DNA of 64,000 nt from Mytilus trossulus (lineage: Eukaryota), in the NCBI RefSeq assembly GCF_036588685.1, contig NC_086378.1:43152001-43216000 (forward strand), in the 5' to 3' direction. Shown piece after piece: positions 1 to 11,703 of this stretch (positions are counted from its first letter, which is position 1; the number at the start of each line of letters is the position of its first letter). A model generated the notes under the pieces. It worked only from the letters and a program-made list of their open reading frames with translations, ran no database searches and had not been told where the DNA came from. Position numbers and translations under genes: made by a program.

Positions 1-189
1 TCCTCAGTCTGTTGTTGTTGGGCAATGGATTTAATTAATAACTAAGATAAAAACCATTGATTAAAAAATAATATCCATATATCATTAATCGTGTACATTA
101 TGTATCAATTATGGTTACTAAACTGCCTAAAAAATATGTTAAAAAAAGTAATAAAAACATGTCAACTATATGTATGTTCTTCTTTAAAG

Positions 190-289
190 GACAGTTTGTT
201 GTCTTCCAAGACATCTTTTTTACTCTGACAGTATAACAGATCTGATGATTAATGAAGATTTAATTCTTTCAACAATAAATGGTGAAATG
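190..289 (+). CDS. FANCA: FANCA-like exon (TVCCLPRHLF...INGEM)
   Basis: ttctttaaag acceptor, ATG|gtgagt donor, open frame, phase 2 in / 0 out. Confidence 0.7.
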
Positions 290-3200
290 GTGAGTTTACT
301 GTGGTGTCTTAGCTACATTATGCAGATTATGAAATCATAGTGAAATCATAGCAATAGATGAGTATTATTTTTATTTCCACTATGTGCTTTGTAGTGGCAG
401 AAACCAATTTTACCTAATTCCATCACAAAGTAACTTATTTGCACTTGAATAAGACAAATGGGCTCCTCCATGTAAGTCACTAAACATATTTTTATGCCCC
501 ACCTACAATAGTAGAGGGGCATTATGTTTTCTGGTCTGTGCCTTCATTCGTTCGTTCGTCCGTTCCTTCGTCCCGCTCCAGGTTAAAGTTTTTGGTCAAG
601 GTAGTTTTTGATGAAGTTGAAGACCTAACAACTTGAAACTTAGTACACATGTTCCATATGGTATGATCTTTTTAATTTTAATGCCAATTTAGATTTTCTA
701 CCCAATTTCACGGTCCATTGAACATGGAAAATGATAGTGCGAGTGGGGCATCCGTGTACTTAGGACACATTCTTGTTTGCACTCAAATATAAATTTATGC
801 AAATTTTTTTTTAAATCTGTGACATAACCCATTTTCTGTACAGTGACCTTTAGCTATTGACAACACATTATATCAAGTTCTATACAACTCTGGGTTTACA
901 AGGACAACTAAATATCTTGACAACAACATTTATTTTTTTAGAGAGAAGGTCTAGAAGATGGCTGTGTTTTTCCTAGTAATGTGTTTTCATATCTTGTGCA
1001 GGTATAAATTTTGTCTATGTTTTAGTTTACATAATTTACATGGATAAGAACACCATTATGAGTTATTACAAGCAACTCTGCGCCCATTATTGTCTGATCA
1101 TGAGTTTAAAAAAGACTGGAAAATTCTAACCATTTCATATTTTCATTTTCTCATTGTAAAATATTGAAATAAACTATAATGAATGTTTTAAAGAACTGAG
1201 ACCTTTACAATTTAAGATAGTTTGTCTAAATTTAGTATTAAACAACATTGTTTAAGTTGGTAAACTAAAAATGTAAGAAGAATATGGCAAGGAAAGTTGG
1301 GAATGATCTTTCTTAACACAATTTACCATTATATTTATGTATATAGTAGCAAAACTGACATTTATGTACTCCCGTTCCAATATGCATTTAAGTTAATAAA
1401 AAGCTGACAGACTAAATTTTATAGTTTGATTGTGTAATGTCTTTTTCAGGGCATGATCCAGGTTAAGCAGGCTATTGATATTGATAAAATATTTACTGCT
1501 TGTCCCATTATGTTGACATCTTTGTTGGTAAGTAATGCCAAACTAGAAACTATTTGTAAGCTTTCGTCATGTCTTAAAGAAAACGTGATAATGATTTTCG
1601 TGTATAAGATTGTCATCTTATGAACATTCAATAAGGGTTTCATAGCATTTATCACTAATTATAGAAAAAAACAAGAAAAATAGTTGAAATATATAGTTGA
1701 GGATATATGATGGTATGATAGCCAATGAGACAAGCAGGGGCGTAGCTAGGTATTCAGCCAACTGTAGGCACCGATCGGCAGGGGGTCTGGGGGCCGCTCA
1801 AGGCCCCCAGTAGGTCCAGGGCAAAGCCCTGTTAGGGGGTTCAGGGGGGCGAATTCCGCGAAGCCCCCCGACGGAAAACGGTTTTCAGCATTTTAGCTGC
1901 ATAATTTTATGTACAAAATATTAAATTTACTGGTTATTTATTCATGATAATTATAATATAGATGGTGAAAATTTCGAAGAATTATGAATAAGTCACCATA
2001 ACATCTGACTAGTGAATTAGATAATGCAGTACAATCGGAAATATGAAAGAAAAAAAATACAATATGCACTGCCCAGCGTATATCAGCGTATCATTTTACA
2101 GTGAGTACAACCTGTTTGGTATTTTCATATCTATTCCGTTCTGATTGATATATACGTATAACTTAATTAATAGTAAATATTGTGACGATCCTTCATTAAA
2201 AAAAAATAGGCACCCACGAAAACATTGCTATATAATAGAACTATCCTTATGGCTAGACAAAAAAACATCAATCTTTTTTTTATTTTTAAATCTTCAACCT
2301 GGCCACACAAACACATACACACAGTTCTGTTATGTTCATACTATCGTAACAAAATTCACTAAGAAATTCGTATTTCTTTATATCCTAAACTGTAAAATCC
2401 CTAATTGCTTAGGAACTTGGACAAACAAAAACATATTTACCGTTTAACTACTTACAATAAATACAACAGGGAACTAGGTCCTGTGATAGGTGTCGTACAG
2501 GACGAAGGTCTGGAAATTTGAAAATGCCATGCATTGTAAAATGAGGGATTATTAGATAGGAGCAGAAATTTTTCCTTTCAGTAGACCAACTAGGAACTAC
2601 CCAAAGAGTGGCATTCTCTCTACAACTAGGCATCGGATGTAATGTCCCCATTCTGACCTGACGTGACTGCGTATTTATACATCCTGCACAGCCAAACGGG
2701 ACAACCAACATTGGCAAGTCGGGGAAGGCAAAGTTGAAAGCTGGTTGAAAACTAACAACAACTAATTAAAATAAAAATAAAAAACTCATTTGTCACTAAG
2801 TTGAGGTTCATTCAAATTTTTGTTGATAGAAGTGAAATGATCTAAATCAACTAAAGTTCTAGTTTATAGATTCTATATAAGGTAAAATCATAATAACATT
2901 CATTTCTATCCAATATTTCATTCACTAAGAACGAGAGACTAGTGTGCACATGACATTCGATAACCAAAGTTTTGACAACTCACTGGAGTTCATTTACAGA
3001 TAACGCTATTCATTATTTTTTCAAATAAAAAAAAAATATTTGTAAAAAATTATGTGTAGGCACGTGCCTATAGTGCCTAACGGCAGCTACGCCCCTGACA
3101 AGTATCCAAAAGAGTTCAAATGAAGTGGTTGTATGTATTTAGAGGCCTCTGTAGTCTTCAACTATGCAAAAAAAAAGCCATACCATTTAAAAGGCATAAC

Positions 3201-6200
3201 ATGAATAATGTGAAACAAGAAAACAAGAAAACAAACAGCCAGAAGAAAAGATGCATCTTTGTTGTTAAGAAAGTGATATATAATTTTGAAACAAATTATT
3301 GTGTTTTATTTCAATTTATAAAGCAATATTCAAGGACAGAAATGTATAAAAAAAAGTCCAGTTGGCATGATATCAATGTTTTTTTCTCTAAAATCCTTAA
3401 AGTTGATTGCTTTCTTTTTATACAATGGTGTATTTTGTAATAAAATGCTGGCATCTTTCTCCATTAATTAATTATACAGTAACACCTGTTCTTCCAGATT
3501 GTAAATAAATGAATGCACTAGATATCAAACAATTTGATTGTGTCTTTAAAACTTCTCATTTAGAGCCAACTTCAGTTTTCTATATATTGTCAGGTTTATC
3601 TTCTAAGTATCAAAAAGAAATCTTAGAAAAAATGTTCACAATGTTGTTTTATTTATAATTACACCTTATGTAAGAATCCGGGGTTATGATTGGTTGATAG
3701 CCAGTATATTTTTCACCAATTTACTGTTATCAAATGAATATCGTTCATTTTTAACGCCGCTGGGGTATTTGCTAAAAGGATATGCCTTTTTTACCCTCTC
3801 TGCTGTGGTATTTGCCAAAAAATACTCTATCCGACTGGACGCTTGTAAAATCACGATCATCAATGCGTTTAAGTACATTAACAGATATATCATGTTCTTG
3901 AGGGGTATTTGTGAAAAATACCAGTCTTGAGAATGAATTTCCTTTGCGAAATTTAACATTCTCTCGACTGGTATTTTTCGCAAATACCCCTCCTTAACAT
4001 GATATATCTGTTCACGAAAACTGCACTAGATCCGAACAAATTAATAAATCTGTATTTCAGGTTTATCTTCCAACAACTAAATATCTGATAGCACAAGTAA
4101 CTTTCAAGAACAGCAATCTGGTGTCTGTAATTGGCTGGTTAAAAAGGTAATTTTTGCTATATTTCCTCCTCATCTCTAATGTATTTCTTTTCATATTACC
4201 AACTTTTGACTGACTTTATGTTAATTTTTGCCAGGTTACCTACAACATCATGGTACTCTGTCAATCAGGAGCAGTCATATTGGTGTAATTTGAGGGGACA
4301 TTTTACTATTTTCCAATGAGTTTGTCGTGTAAAGAAAACTTGACGCAGTATATTTTCCCAAAGAATTTTACAGATTAAAAGCTTGATTTTACTTCTTTAT
4401 GTTGCTCTAACCTAACTTGGTACCAGGAGTTCGTAGGTAACCTGTTGAAAGAATAAAAACTTCGGATTCAACAGTTTATTGTTATATATTTAAAGGCCAT
4501 TTCTCCACTTTTGATGATTGTATCAAGTTATTCTTATCCTTAATTATTTGCTTTATTGCAGAGCATTAGAAGGCCATTTCCCTAATTTTGATGACTGCCC
4601 TCCATGGATGTATGCAGCAGCTCTATTGTCACTTTGTATCAACAGGTATCTAATTGCTACACAGATTTTCTGTTAGCTGGTTATGTTCTTTTCTTGTGTT
4701 CATTATTTGGAATTGTTCCGACTATTAGGATTTAAAAGCTTTTAAAAATTAGAATCATTAACACTTTTTTCTTTTCATATTTTCTTTAAGACATCTTAAA
4801 TTACAATCCATCAAAATTTGTAGTTTTCTTTGTTATTATTATACCTTCTCATTTACATTGCTTCATAAAACAATGCTATTGGGTAATACTGTATACATAA
4901 TGGCTTTACAGGGGATTCCATTGAGTGTGTAGCCAAAGGTTATATCTTTGGTTAGCTTGCTTGTTAGCTTAACCGTGAAGTCATTGCTAGGTTAGATTAA
5001 CTACCCTATTTAAGAATAGACTTGTCCGACAGAAAACCAATCAATATGTCTGTTGGACTATGCTACTTCAAAAGGAGGCTAGTGTACCTGACCTAATAAT
5101 GACTTCACGGTTCAGCTAACAAGCAAGCTAACCAAAGATATCACCTTTTGGCTACACACTCAATGGAATCCGCTGTAAGTGATATAATAAGTTTGATTTT
5201 TTTCAAATGCAAGGAATGACAAATAACTCTAAAAATTACAATGTGCAAAAAAAGAATCACACTTTTCCTCACCTATAAATTACTGATTGAGTCTCGATTT
5301 CATTTGACCATGATATTTTGGATAGTTTGTAAGTTGTGAAAGTTTGTGATTAACATTTAAGAAGAATCAGTAATGTTAAGTCAATGATATTTGGTATGCT
5401 GTTGTATTAGCATCTGCCTGTCTTATTTCTGTTGATATTATTTGGTCCAAGTCCCTCACTCAGAGCTCAGTCATTGTTTTTTGACTACATGTATCAACTT
5501 TTTCATTAGTTTAAACATATTTATTTATAGTGGATTGGGAAACAAGTTTTGCAACTTATATTAATCCCTTTCCACTTTGCGGGTGCGAGTGCTGCCTTGT
5601 AGCAGCATTAGCCTACTCTTTTTCGAAATCTACAAGGGTGTCTTTAACGTGCAAGAGATATGGCTCTCTCTTTTAACACGGGTCAGCCATTTATCGTCCC
5701 CGTCCGAGGGACTATCATCGTTTCCTCGAGACCATACTGGCAAATGGTGTCAAGGGAGAGCCGATAATTGAGTTCCTGAAATTTTCATCCCAAACGGGAA
5801 TCGAACCAGGAACCTTTGTGTTAGTAGTCTGATGCACTAACCACTACACCACGGCTCTCTAACTTTTTCATTGATTACATGTTAAAGGTATAAAGTATAA
5901 AGATAAGAAGATGTGGAATGATTGCTAATGAGAAAACTATCCACCTGATTCCAAAGCACATGGATGTAATCAACTATAGGTCACTAGACACAAAAATGTA
6001 AAACATGTGGTCAGTTAAAGGGAAATGGTAATGATAGGTCAATGATATTCGGTATGCAATTGTATTAGCATTACCTCATCTCATTTTATTCAAGTTTATT
6101 TTTCACATATTTTCAGGCATTTCTATTCAATTTTGAATAAAAGATATTATTAATTTCAATTGTGAATGTAAATTTTCTGATGAATTTTTCACTTAGGGAC

Positions 6201-9200
6201 CAAGTAGAAGATAAGATTTCACAATTCTTGTCACAGAAAACAAACAAAAACAGCTTGGTAAGTATTTATTTCACAAAGGCAAAACATTGGAATGGTATTC
6301 CTGTGGAAACAATGTCATAGAGAAGTTGTACAATCCTATATGTTTGTCAGGACCTCAAAATTTGACAGACCAAATTGTTAAATACTGATTTTTTGGGTGT
6401 AATATCAATTCTCACTGACCTTTATTTTCACAACTTGTAAGTGTATATTAAAATTTCATGATTAAGTGATTGGAGTATTCTGTTCTGAACGAATTTTTTG
6501 ATACAATTAACTGCAGCAGAAAACATGATATGGAATAATCTATCTTTATACAAATAGTATTTGCAGTGCAAGAGTTGCCACTGGTAGATATGGTTCCTAT
6601 GGCAAACATTCCTTGCAGTAAGAGAAAATTTTATAAACAAAACAAATGACATGTATTGGATGAATAATTAAGTCAAACTAACAATGATTGTCAGAGTCTG
6701 GGTTTCCGCTGGCGGTCGCCATTTTCGCAATTTGCGAAAAAATAATAATTGTGGCTATTAAAATTCGTCATTGGCGAAAGAAATATATATGACGATTTAT
6801 TTTCAGCCATCTTGTTTATTTACTTTTTTCGGGTTTCTCTGACTTTACCATGTTTACCGATCAGACAATACTCGGATTTCACCTTGAACTCATTAAGATT
6901 TTGACAGAAAATCAATAATCAGCTGATTGCATTTATAGCTATCGACATCAAAGGACTAACTAATAAAGGTGTTGATTGTATGATATGACAAAATGATATG
7001 GTTAAATGGCTTCTTTTGCATGTCATAAAAGGGATTTATTTACCGCTTTGCGACGCACGTGTTTGAAGCAAAGTTTACGCTTCCTCTACTTCTTTCGAAA
7101 AGAAAATTGTTGTTATGACGAAAAATGTTCAAAAGCTAGAAAGGTCGCTGATTTAAAACTTTATCATTTAACTTTCATATAGATCATTGAGTGGGTACTT
7201 CAAAGTCGTTTCAGTTACACACGTGTTTCAAGCATATAGTTTTACTTATTTACGATGGTCTAGAAAAGAAAACTGTCATTATGAAGAAATATATTCAAGT
7301 GGTTGTCATGAGAGTTACCCTTCAATGTAATGACTACACCTTACACGAGGGATCAATTCCAAGTGATAAGATTCTTCGTTTTGCTGTAAAAATCACTTCT
7401 TGTTTAGCGGAAAAGGGGGGGGGGGGAATAAAATTTTATTAGAAAAATATATTTGGCGAAAAAAATAATAAAGTGGCGAAAAATATATTGTTTTGGCTAA
7501 AGAGGTGGCGAAAAAAATAATTGACCCAGGGGAAACCCTGGTCAGAGTGTGTGTGTATACAGATGTCTTATGGTCTGAAATTTTCTGTCTCACATATATG
7601 TCCATTGTTCTTGACAACTTGATTTTACTTCAGTGTCACTGCATGACAAAACTTAAATAGCAAATTTATTGTGTTTTTTGTCACATGATGTTGTGAGTAA
7701 TAGGATAACCATATAAGTTCAATTTATACATTTCCACCATTTGATTAAATTTTCATGATGTAATGATTTCTTTGTAAGAAGGACAAATTTGAAATTTACT
7801 GAAAAGTTGAAAGGTTTGCACCTTTACACAAATAAATTTAAAACAGCCCTGCTATAATCTATTTCAGATTTTGAAGGAATTAGTTGTGATATTGATTGCA
7901 CATACAGCATATCAGCACTTGGTAAGTATTGTATTAGACAATTATCTTACTTTTTATCTGACAGTAATTTGACATTAGGCTTCATGTATATTAACATTAG
8001 GAAATATAAAGGTTGAGCAGCAGCATACAATTTTATAAGAACTGTTTTGATTTCAATTAATGATCACTTGTTATTAATTTGTCTCAAGGTATCTCAAGAC
8101 CAGCAGTAAATATTGGTAGATGATATTTAGGAGGTGAACAAAGATATGTTGTATAAATCAAACTATCAAAGATGTGCCATCAACACCATATTCTCTTAAA
8201 GTTATTACAACATTAGATCAGTGATGATGTTCCTGACTTGTCACATAGATATGCAGTTTTTCACTAAACTAGAACACATTTTTATTTAGGGGCCAGCTGA
8301 GGCCCACCTTTGGTTGTTGGATTTTGTCACTGCATTGAAGACCCATGGGTGGCCTTCGGCTGTTATCTGCTCTTTGGTCAGGTTGTTGTCTCTTTGATAT
8401 ATACCTCATTGCCATTCTAAATTTTATTTCAAAGATACTTTTTTTTCTAAATGTTTGTGAGTATTCAAAATTGCTACAAAATTGTTGGCATTAAAGTAAC
8501 ACTTACATTGATAGTTTACTGTCTTAAAACATTTGGTTTTGACAACTCTTTTTAGAAGGAGAATGTGGGACTTGAAAATATTATTCTTGTACCAGAATAA
8601 TGCTTTAGTTTCTCATCCAATTTCCTTCAGTTTATGTTGCAAATTTTAAGTTATGAAAACCTTGGGTGAGTTCAGTGATTATTAGTATATACTGGTTACC
8701 AATTTTTTAAACTTCTTATGAACGTTTTATGAATTCTTAAACAGGCTTTTTAGGTTGCTATTTTGTAACAACAGAACTAAAATAATGGTATTTTTCAGGA
8801 TGTACCAAGATTCCACAAAGTTTTAGATGTTATTCAAAAGTCTTCTCCAGATATAATACTCACTCTTCCTAACGAGAGTATAATAAAACAGATGTGCTCA
8901 TCTTCAACACAGTCAATAATTCCATATAGGTTGCTCATGTAAGCTTTTATTTTTAAACATAGAAATTTCACAAATAACAAATTCATACTATAGGTCAATA
9001 TTGTAGGTTCATGTGTTATCTGCAGAATATTAACCATTTGGTTTATATTTTTAGATAGTTTTTCATTCATTTAGGAATAAGTTACTGTATTTTGACTGTC
9101 ATGCTCAAATTGGAGAACATTTAACATATAACTATGAATGATCTTTTCTCATTTCTTGTGTATAGGAATAGACAGTGTACATGAAAAAAAAAAGAAACGA

Positions 9201-11703
9201 TATTCTGTGATCTAACTGATATACTGTGATTATGGCACTAAACATCTGCTGAACTGAATCTTCCCCAAAATAGACAATTTCAATTAAAAGATATTAATTT
9301 TCTTATTCTAAGCAACACTGGTATATTTTGAAGACATATTGACCTGTAAAGTACTGAAACAATACAGAAAAATTGTGTCTATTTCAATTTTCCTGGAACA
9401 GTAATTATTTGACAAATGATGAGTTCTTTCAAGGTAAAAAAATAAGAATTGAGACACCATATTAAACAGTTGTAAATAATATGAATTTTCAGATACATTT
9501 TAAAAGACTTTATATTAATTTCAGACTTTTTAGGTGGTTTTAAGGAATATAAAATGTCTTTAGGCAGTCTTGTGAGAATTGAGGCATCGTTTGAAACCAG
9601 TGGATATATTTGTTGTTATATTTTCAGGTACATTTCTAAAGGACATCTTTATAATCACTACAAATCAATTCCTGACTTCTTAAGAAAAGTTCTAAGTCTA
9701 TATAGCATGGTTGTTAATTTGTGTGATGAGGAAAACAGTGGGTCTGTAAGTATAAGATAGATTTTTTATTATCTTAAATATCATTTTTGAAAATCCTGAT
9801 AAACAAAATATTTGTATATGATATATATATATATCTCAAAATTATCAGGTTGTGTTCATCAGGATGACCTTAATAAAATTTGGCATGGACAGGGGTAGAG
9901 TTAATTATTCAAAAATTGTTTTATGGCACTCCTATTCCTAAAATAAATCCTGAACCAGTGCAAGATACTGTAAAGGCAGACATTTTTGTGGAGGATTTTA
10001 TTTTGTTTATTTCGTGGTAAGAATATATCCATGAATTTGAAATCCCCACAAAAATTTTACCTACATTTAAAAAGTAAAATCAAAAAAAATACTGAACTCA
10101 GAGGAAAATCAATTTGGAAAGTCCATAATCACATGGCAAAATCAAATATCAAAACGCATAAAAAACATGTAAACCACGAAATTAAATCCCAATGAAATCT
10201 TATAAATACAAAACCATGAAAGTTTAACCCAACGAAAATTAATGTTTCTACAGAAAGTTAATTTGAGTGTTCAGAACCTATAATATATTGCTTATTTTTT
10301 CATAAAGCTAAATTTAAAAAGTCTTTTGAATGTCTCTGTCTCAGAAGATTCTTGACTACTAGACAAGTTGTTTATCTAGTTTTGTTCCCTACTTATCTGG
10401 TTATTTACGATCGCACTGACACTTTCAAGAAGATGTGTAAGAACAAGTAAACATTAAGAATTTTTTTTTTAATAGGCTATCTGAAAGCCTGTTATATATT
10501 TTGAAATTATACATTGTTAGTTTAATATTTGTTATTTATGTACGTTTATTTTTTTTATTTTTTAGTGTCCACATCTTCAGTCAGAGTTAGAAGTATCCAG
10601 ATTTGTACAGAAATGTATTGCTAGATCACCAGATTTTGTTCTTAAAGATATAGACAAGGTATTTTTTTCCATTAAAACATAACTATAGTTGTTGAAATAA
10701 AGCTGCAAGAAAAAGATCACTTTTAAGATGTTTTCCTCAAAATGGACACAGTACAAGTACTTCTTTTTAGCAGAGTTCTTTAATATAAGTTCCAAAAACG
10801 AAAACACCTGAAAATTGTTTTAACTGATAGAAGGGATAAATTATTTGATTAAAGGATATGGAGGAACTTCTTGAAGAAGTAACTGAAACATATTGACAGT
10901 TTTATAATGAACAAAAAGTAAATGAAAGGAATTTACTGGTTCAATAATTATAAAGTTTAAATTAAAATCATTGAAAGTCCTGCAGGAAAAGCTCCTCTTT
11001 TAACATTTTTCTGATATATCTGTCAGAAGTTTTCATGTGCGAAAACATCCTAACAAATTTAGAATATGTAGGTGTGACAAAAAGGTCCCTTCACATATAT
11101 GAATTATCTCCCATTTCATATTTTTTTAATAACAAACTCATCCTTGATTTAAATTTACACAAACTTAATCTTCAAACATACAGATGATCATTAAGAAACA
11201 TTGTCCAAATGCAACTACAAGTTTTTGTAAGAAAATGTGTTCCCGTATATGCACATTTGTTTCATTCCATAAAAAGCTTGATTTAAAAGTTTTGTTTTTT
11301 TGTACTGTGCATTAGCACCCATAAGATTTACATGGTAGAACATTTTGAAAATTGTAAAACAATTTCAGTAATAAAAGACTTTTAAAGCGAAAAAAAATAT
11401 TTGTGTGAAAATATAAGCAAGAAACTGCTTGAATTATCATTAGTTGGAACAAAATGGTATCTTCCATGAGTTGTACATCTCTTGCTATTGCATTTTCAAA
11501 CTTACGCATTCCTGAATAGTTCAGAAGTGTGTTATGCATTTCTGTGAGAAAAAATTATTCTGTATTTAGATTTCACTTTACCTATTTTTAGAAGTGGCAA
11601 TATTTAACAAAGAATGCTAATATGTTATCTTTTGTTGTTTTAGGACTTATTGAAGAAATGCGGAATGGAAATAACATTAGCTGTTCAAGAAAGATACAAA
11701 TAA
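190..11703 (+). CDS. FANCA: Fanconi anemia group A protein homolog, 3' part (11 coding exons, ~310 aa; 5' part lies outside the window)
   Basis: Phase-consistent GT-AG exon chain: 190-289, 942-1001, 1450-1527, 4061-4146, 4562-4645, 6197-6257, 7868-7921, 8799-8938, 9628-9745, 10566-10658, 11644-11703 (TAA). The translation has motifs colinear with human FANCA C-terminus as recalled: INGEM|REG ~ VNSEM|RNF; CPIMLTSLLVYLP ~ CPLILTSALVWWP; PPWMYAAALL ~ PDWLSAAALH; FLRKVLSLYSMVVNL ~ FLHVAVDMYLKLVQL; RFVQKCIARSP ~ LFLLQLIPRCP; CGMEITLAVQER ~ CDPEVSAALQSR. Confidence 0.78.
489..778 (+). mobile_element. Helentron-associated non-autonomous element (HINE/DINE-like)
   Basis: 5' sub-terminal IR atgcccc...ggggcat, a (TTCG/GTCC)n microsatellite, 3' ggggcat followed by a short gtgtac/ggacac hairpin, T-rich ends. 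This layout is typical of bivalve HINEs. Confidence 0.6.
942..1001 (+). CDS. FANCA: FANCA-like exon (REGLEDGCVFPSNVFSYLVQ)
   Basis: tttttttag acceptor, CAG|gtataa donor, 60 nt, phase 0/0. Confidence 0.65.
1450..1527 (+). CDS. FANCA: FANCA-like exon (GMIQVKQ...CPIMLTSLL)
   Basis: ctttttcag acceptor, TTG|gtaagt donor, 78 nt; CPIMLTSLL motif. Confidence 0.8.
1735..3097. mobile_element. Non-autonomous DNA transposon (hAT-like TIR, 5-bp TSD)
   Basis: Perfect 13-bp TIR CAGGGGCGTAGCT / AGCTACGCCCCTG; direct repeat ACAAG at 1730-1734 and 3098-3102. Confidence 0.85.
3683..4012. mobile_element. Non-autonomous element ending in a ~133-bp hairpin (3880-4012)
   Basis: 3880-3935 is the near-perfect reverse complement of 3957-4012; preceded by a GATTGG-containing arm. 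Same layout as 39400-39770. Confidence 0.55.
4061..4146 (+). CDS. FANCA: FANCA-like exon (VYLPTTKY...IGWLK)
   Basis: tatttcag acceptor, AG|gtaatt donor, phase 0/2. Confidence 0.75.
4562..4645 (+). CDS. FANCA: FANCA-like exon (ALEGHFPNFDDCPPWMYAAALLSLCIN)
   Basis: ttattgcag acceptor, AG|gtatct donor, phase 2/2. Confidence 0.8.
4909..5175. mobile_element. MITE with ~90-bp TIRs, TA-flanked (Tc1/mariner-like)
   Basis: cag(g/c)ggattccattgagtgtgtagccaaa...gttagcttgcttgttagct is mirrored at 5090-5175; TA on both sides. Confidence 0.85.
5508..5860 (-). mobile_element. tRNA-derived SINE with 12-bp TSD
   Basis: Minus-strand head with A box (TGGTGTAGTGG) and B box (GGTTCGATTCC); TSD AACTTTTTCATT at 5496-5507 and 5861-5872; second degraded copy at ~13895-14168. 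Confidence 0.85.
6197..6257 (+). CDS. FANCA: FANCA-like exon (DQVEDKISQFLSQKTNKNSL)
   Basis: ttttcacttag acceptor, TTG|gtaagt donor, phase 2/0. Confidence 0.75.
6698..7540. mobile_element. hAT-type MITE with 8-bp TSD
   Basis: TIR CTGGGTTTCCGCTGG vs CAGGGTTTCCCCTGG (reverse complement of the right end); TSD GTCAGAGT at 6690-6697 and 7541-7548; subterminal TGGCGAAA repeats. Confidence 0.88.
7868..7921 (+). CDS. FANCA: FANCA-like exon (ILKELVVILIAHTAYQHL)
   Basis: atttcag acceptor, TTG|gtaagt donor, phase 0/0. Confidence 0.75.
8268..8428 (+). repeat. 3' fragment of the interspersed repeat family seen at 29187-29514
   Basis: Shares ttaggggccagctga...ttgaagacc...ggttgttgtctctttga...aattttatt; another fragment at 31718-31808. 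Confidence 0.75.
8799..8938 (+). CDS. FANCA: FANCA-like exon (DVPRFHKVLDVIQK...IIPYRLL)
   Basis: tttttcag acceptor, AT|gtaagc donor, phase 0/2. Confidence 0.75.
9628..9745 (+). CDS. FANCA: FANCA-like exon (YISKGHLY...DEENSGS)
   Basis: ttttcag acceptor, TCT|gtaagt donor; lies in the frame of ORF 9554..9760. Confidence 0.8.
10566..10658 (+). CDS. FANCA: FANCA-like exon (CPHLQSELEVSRF...KDIDK)
   Basis: long poly-T + tag acceptor, AAG|gtattt donor, 93 nt, phase 0/0. Confidence 0.8.
11644..11703 (+). CDS. FANCA: FANCA-like terminal coding exon (DLLKKCGMEITLAVQERYK*)
   Basis: tgttttag acceptor, TAA at 11701-11703, AATAAA at 11725-11730. Confidence 0.75.
   Translation, partial: DLLKKCGMEITLAVQERYK

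Noticed and set aside
5790-5860. tRNA gene on the minus strand
   Set aside because: A and B boxes are present but the acceptor and anticodon stems do not pair; it is the head of a TSD-flanked SINE
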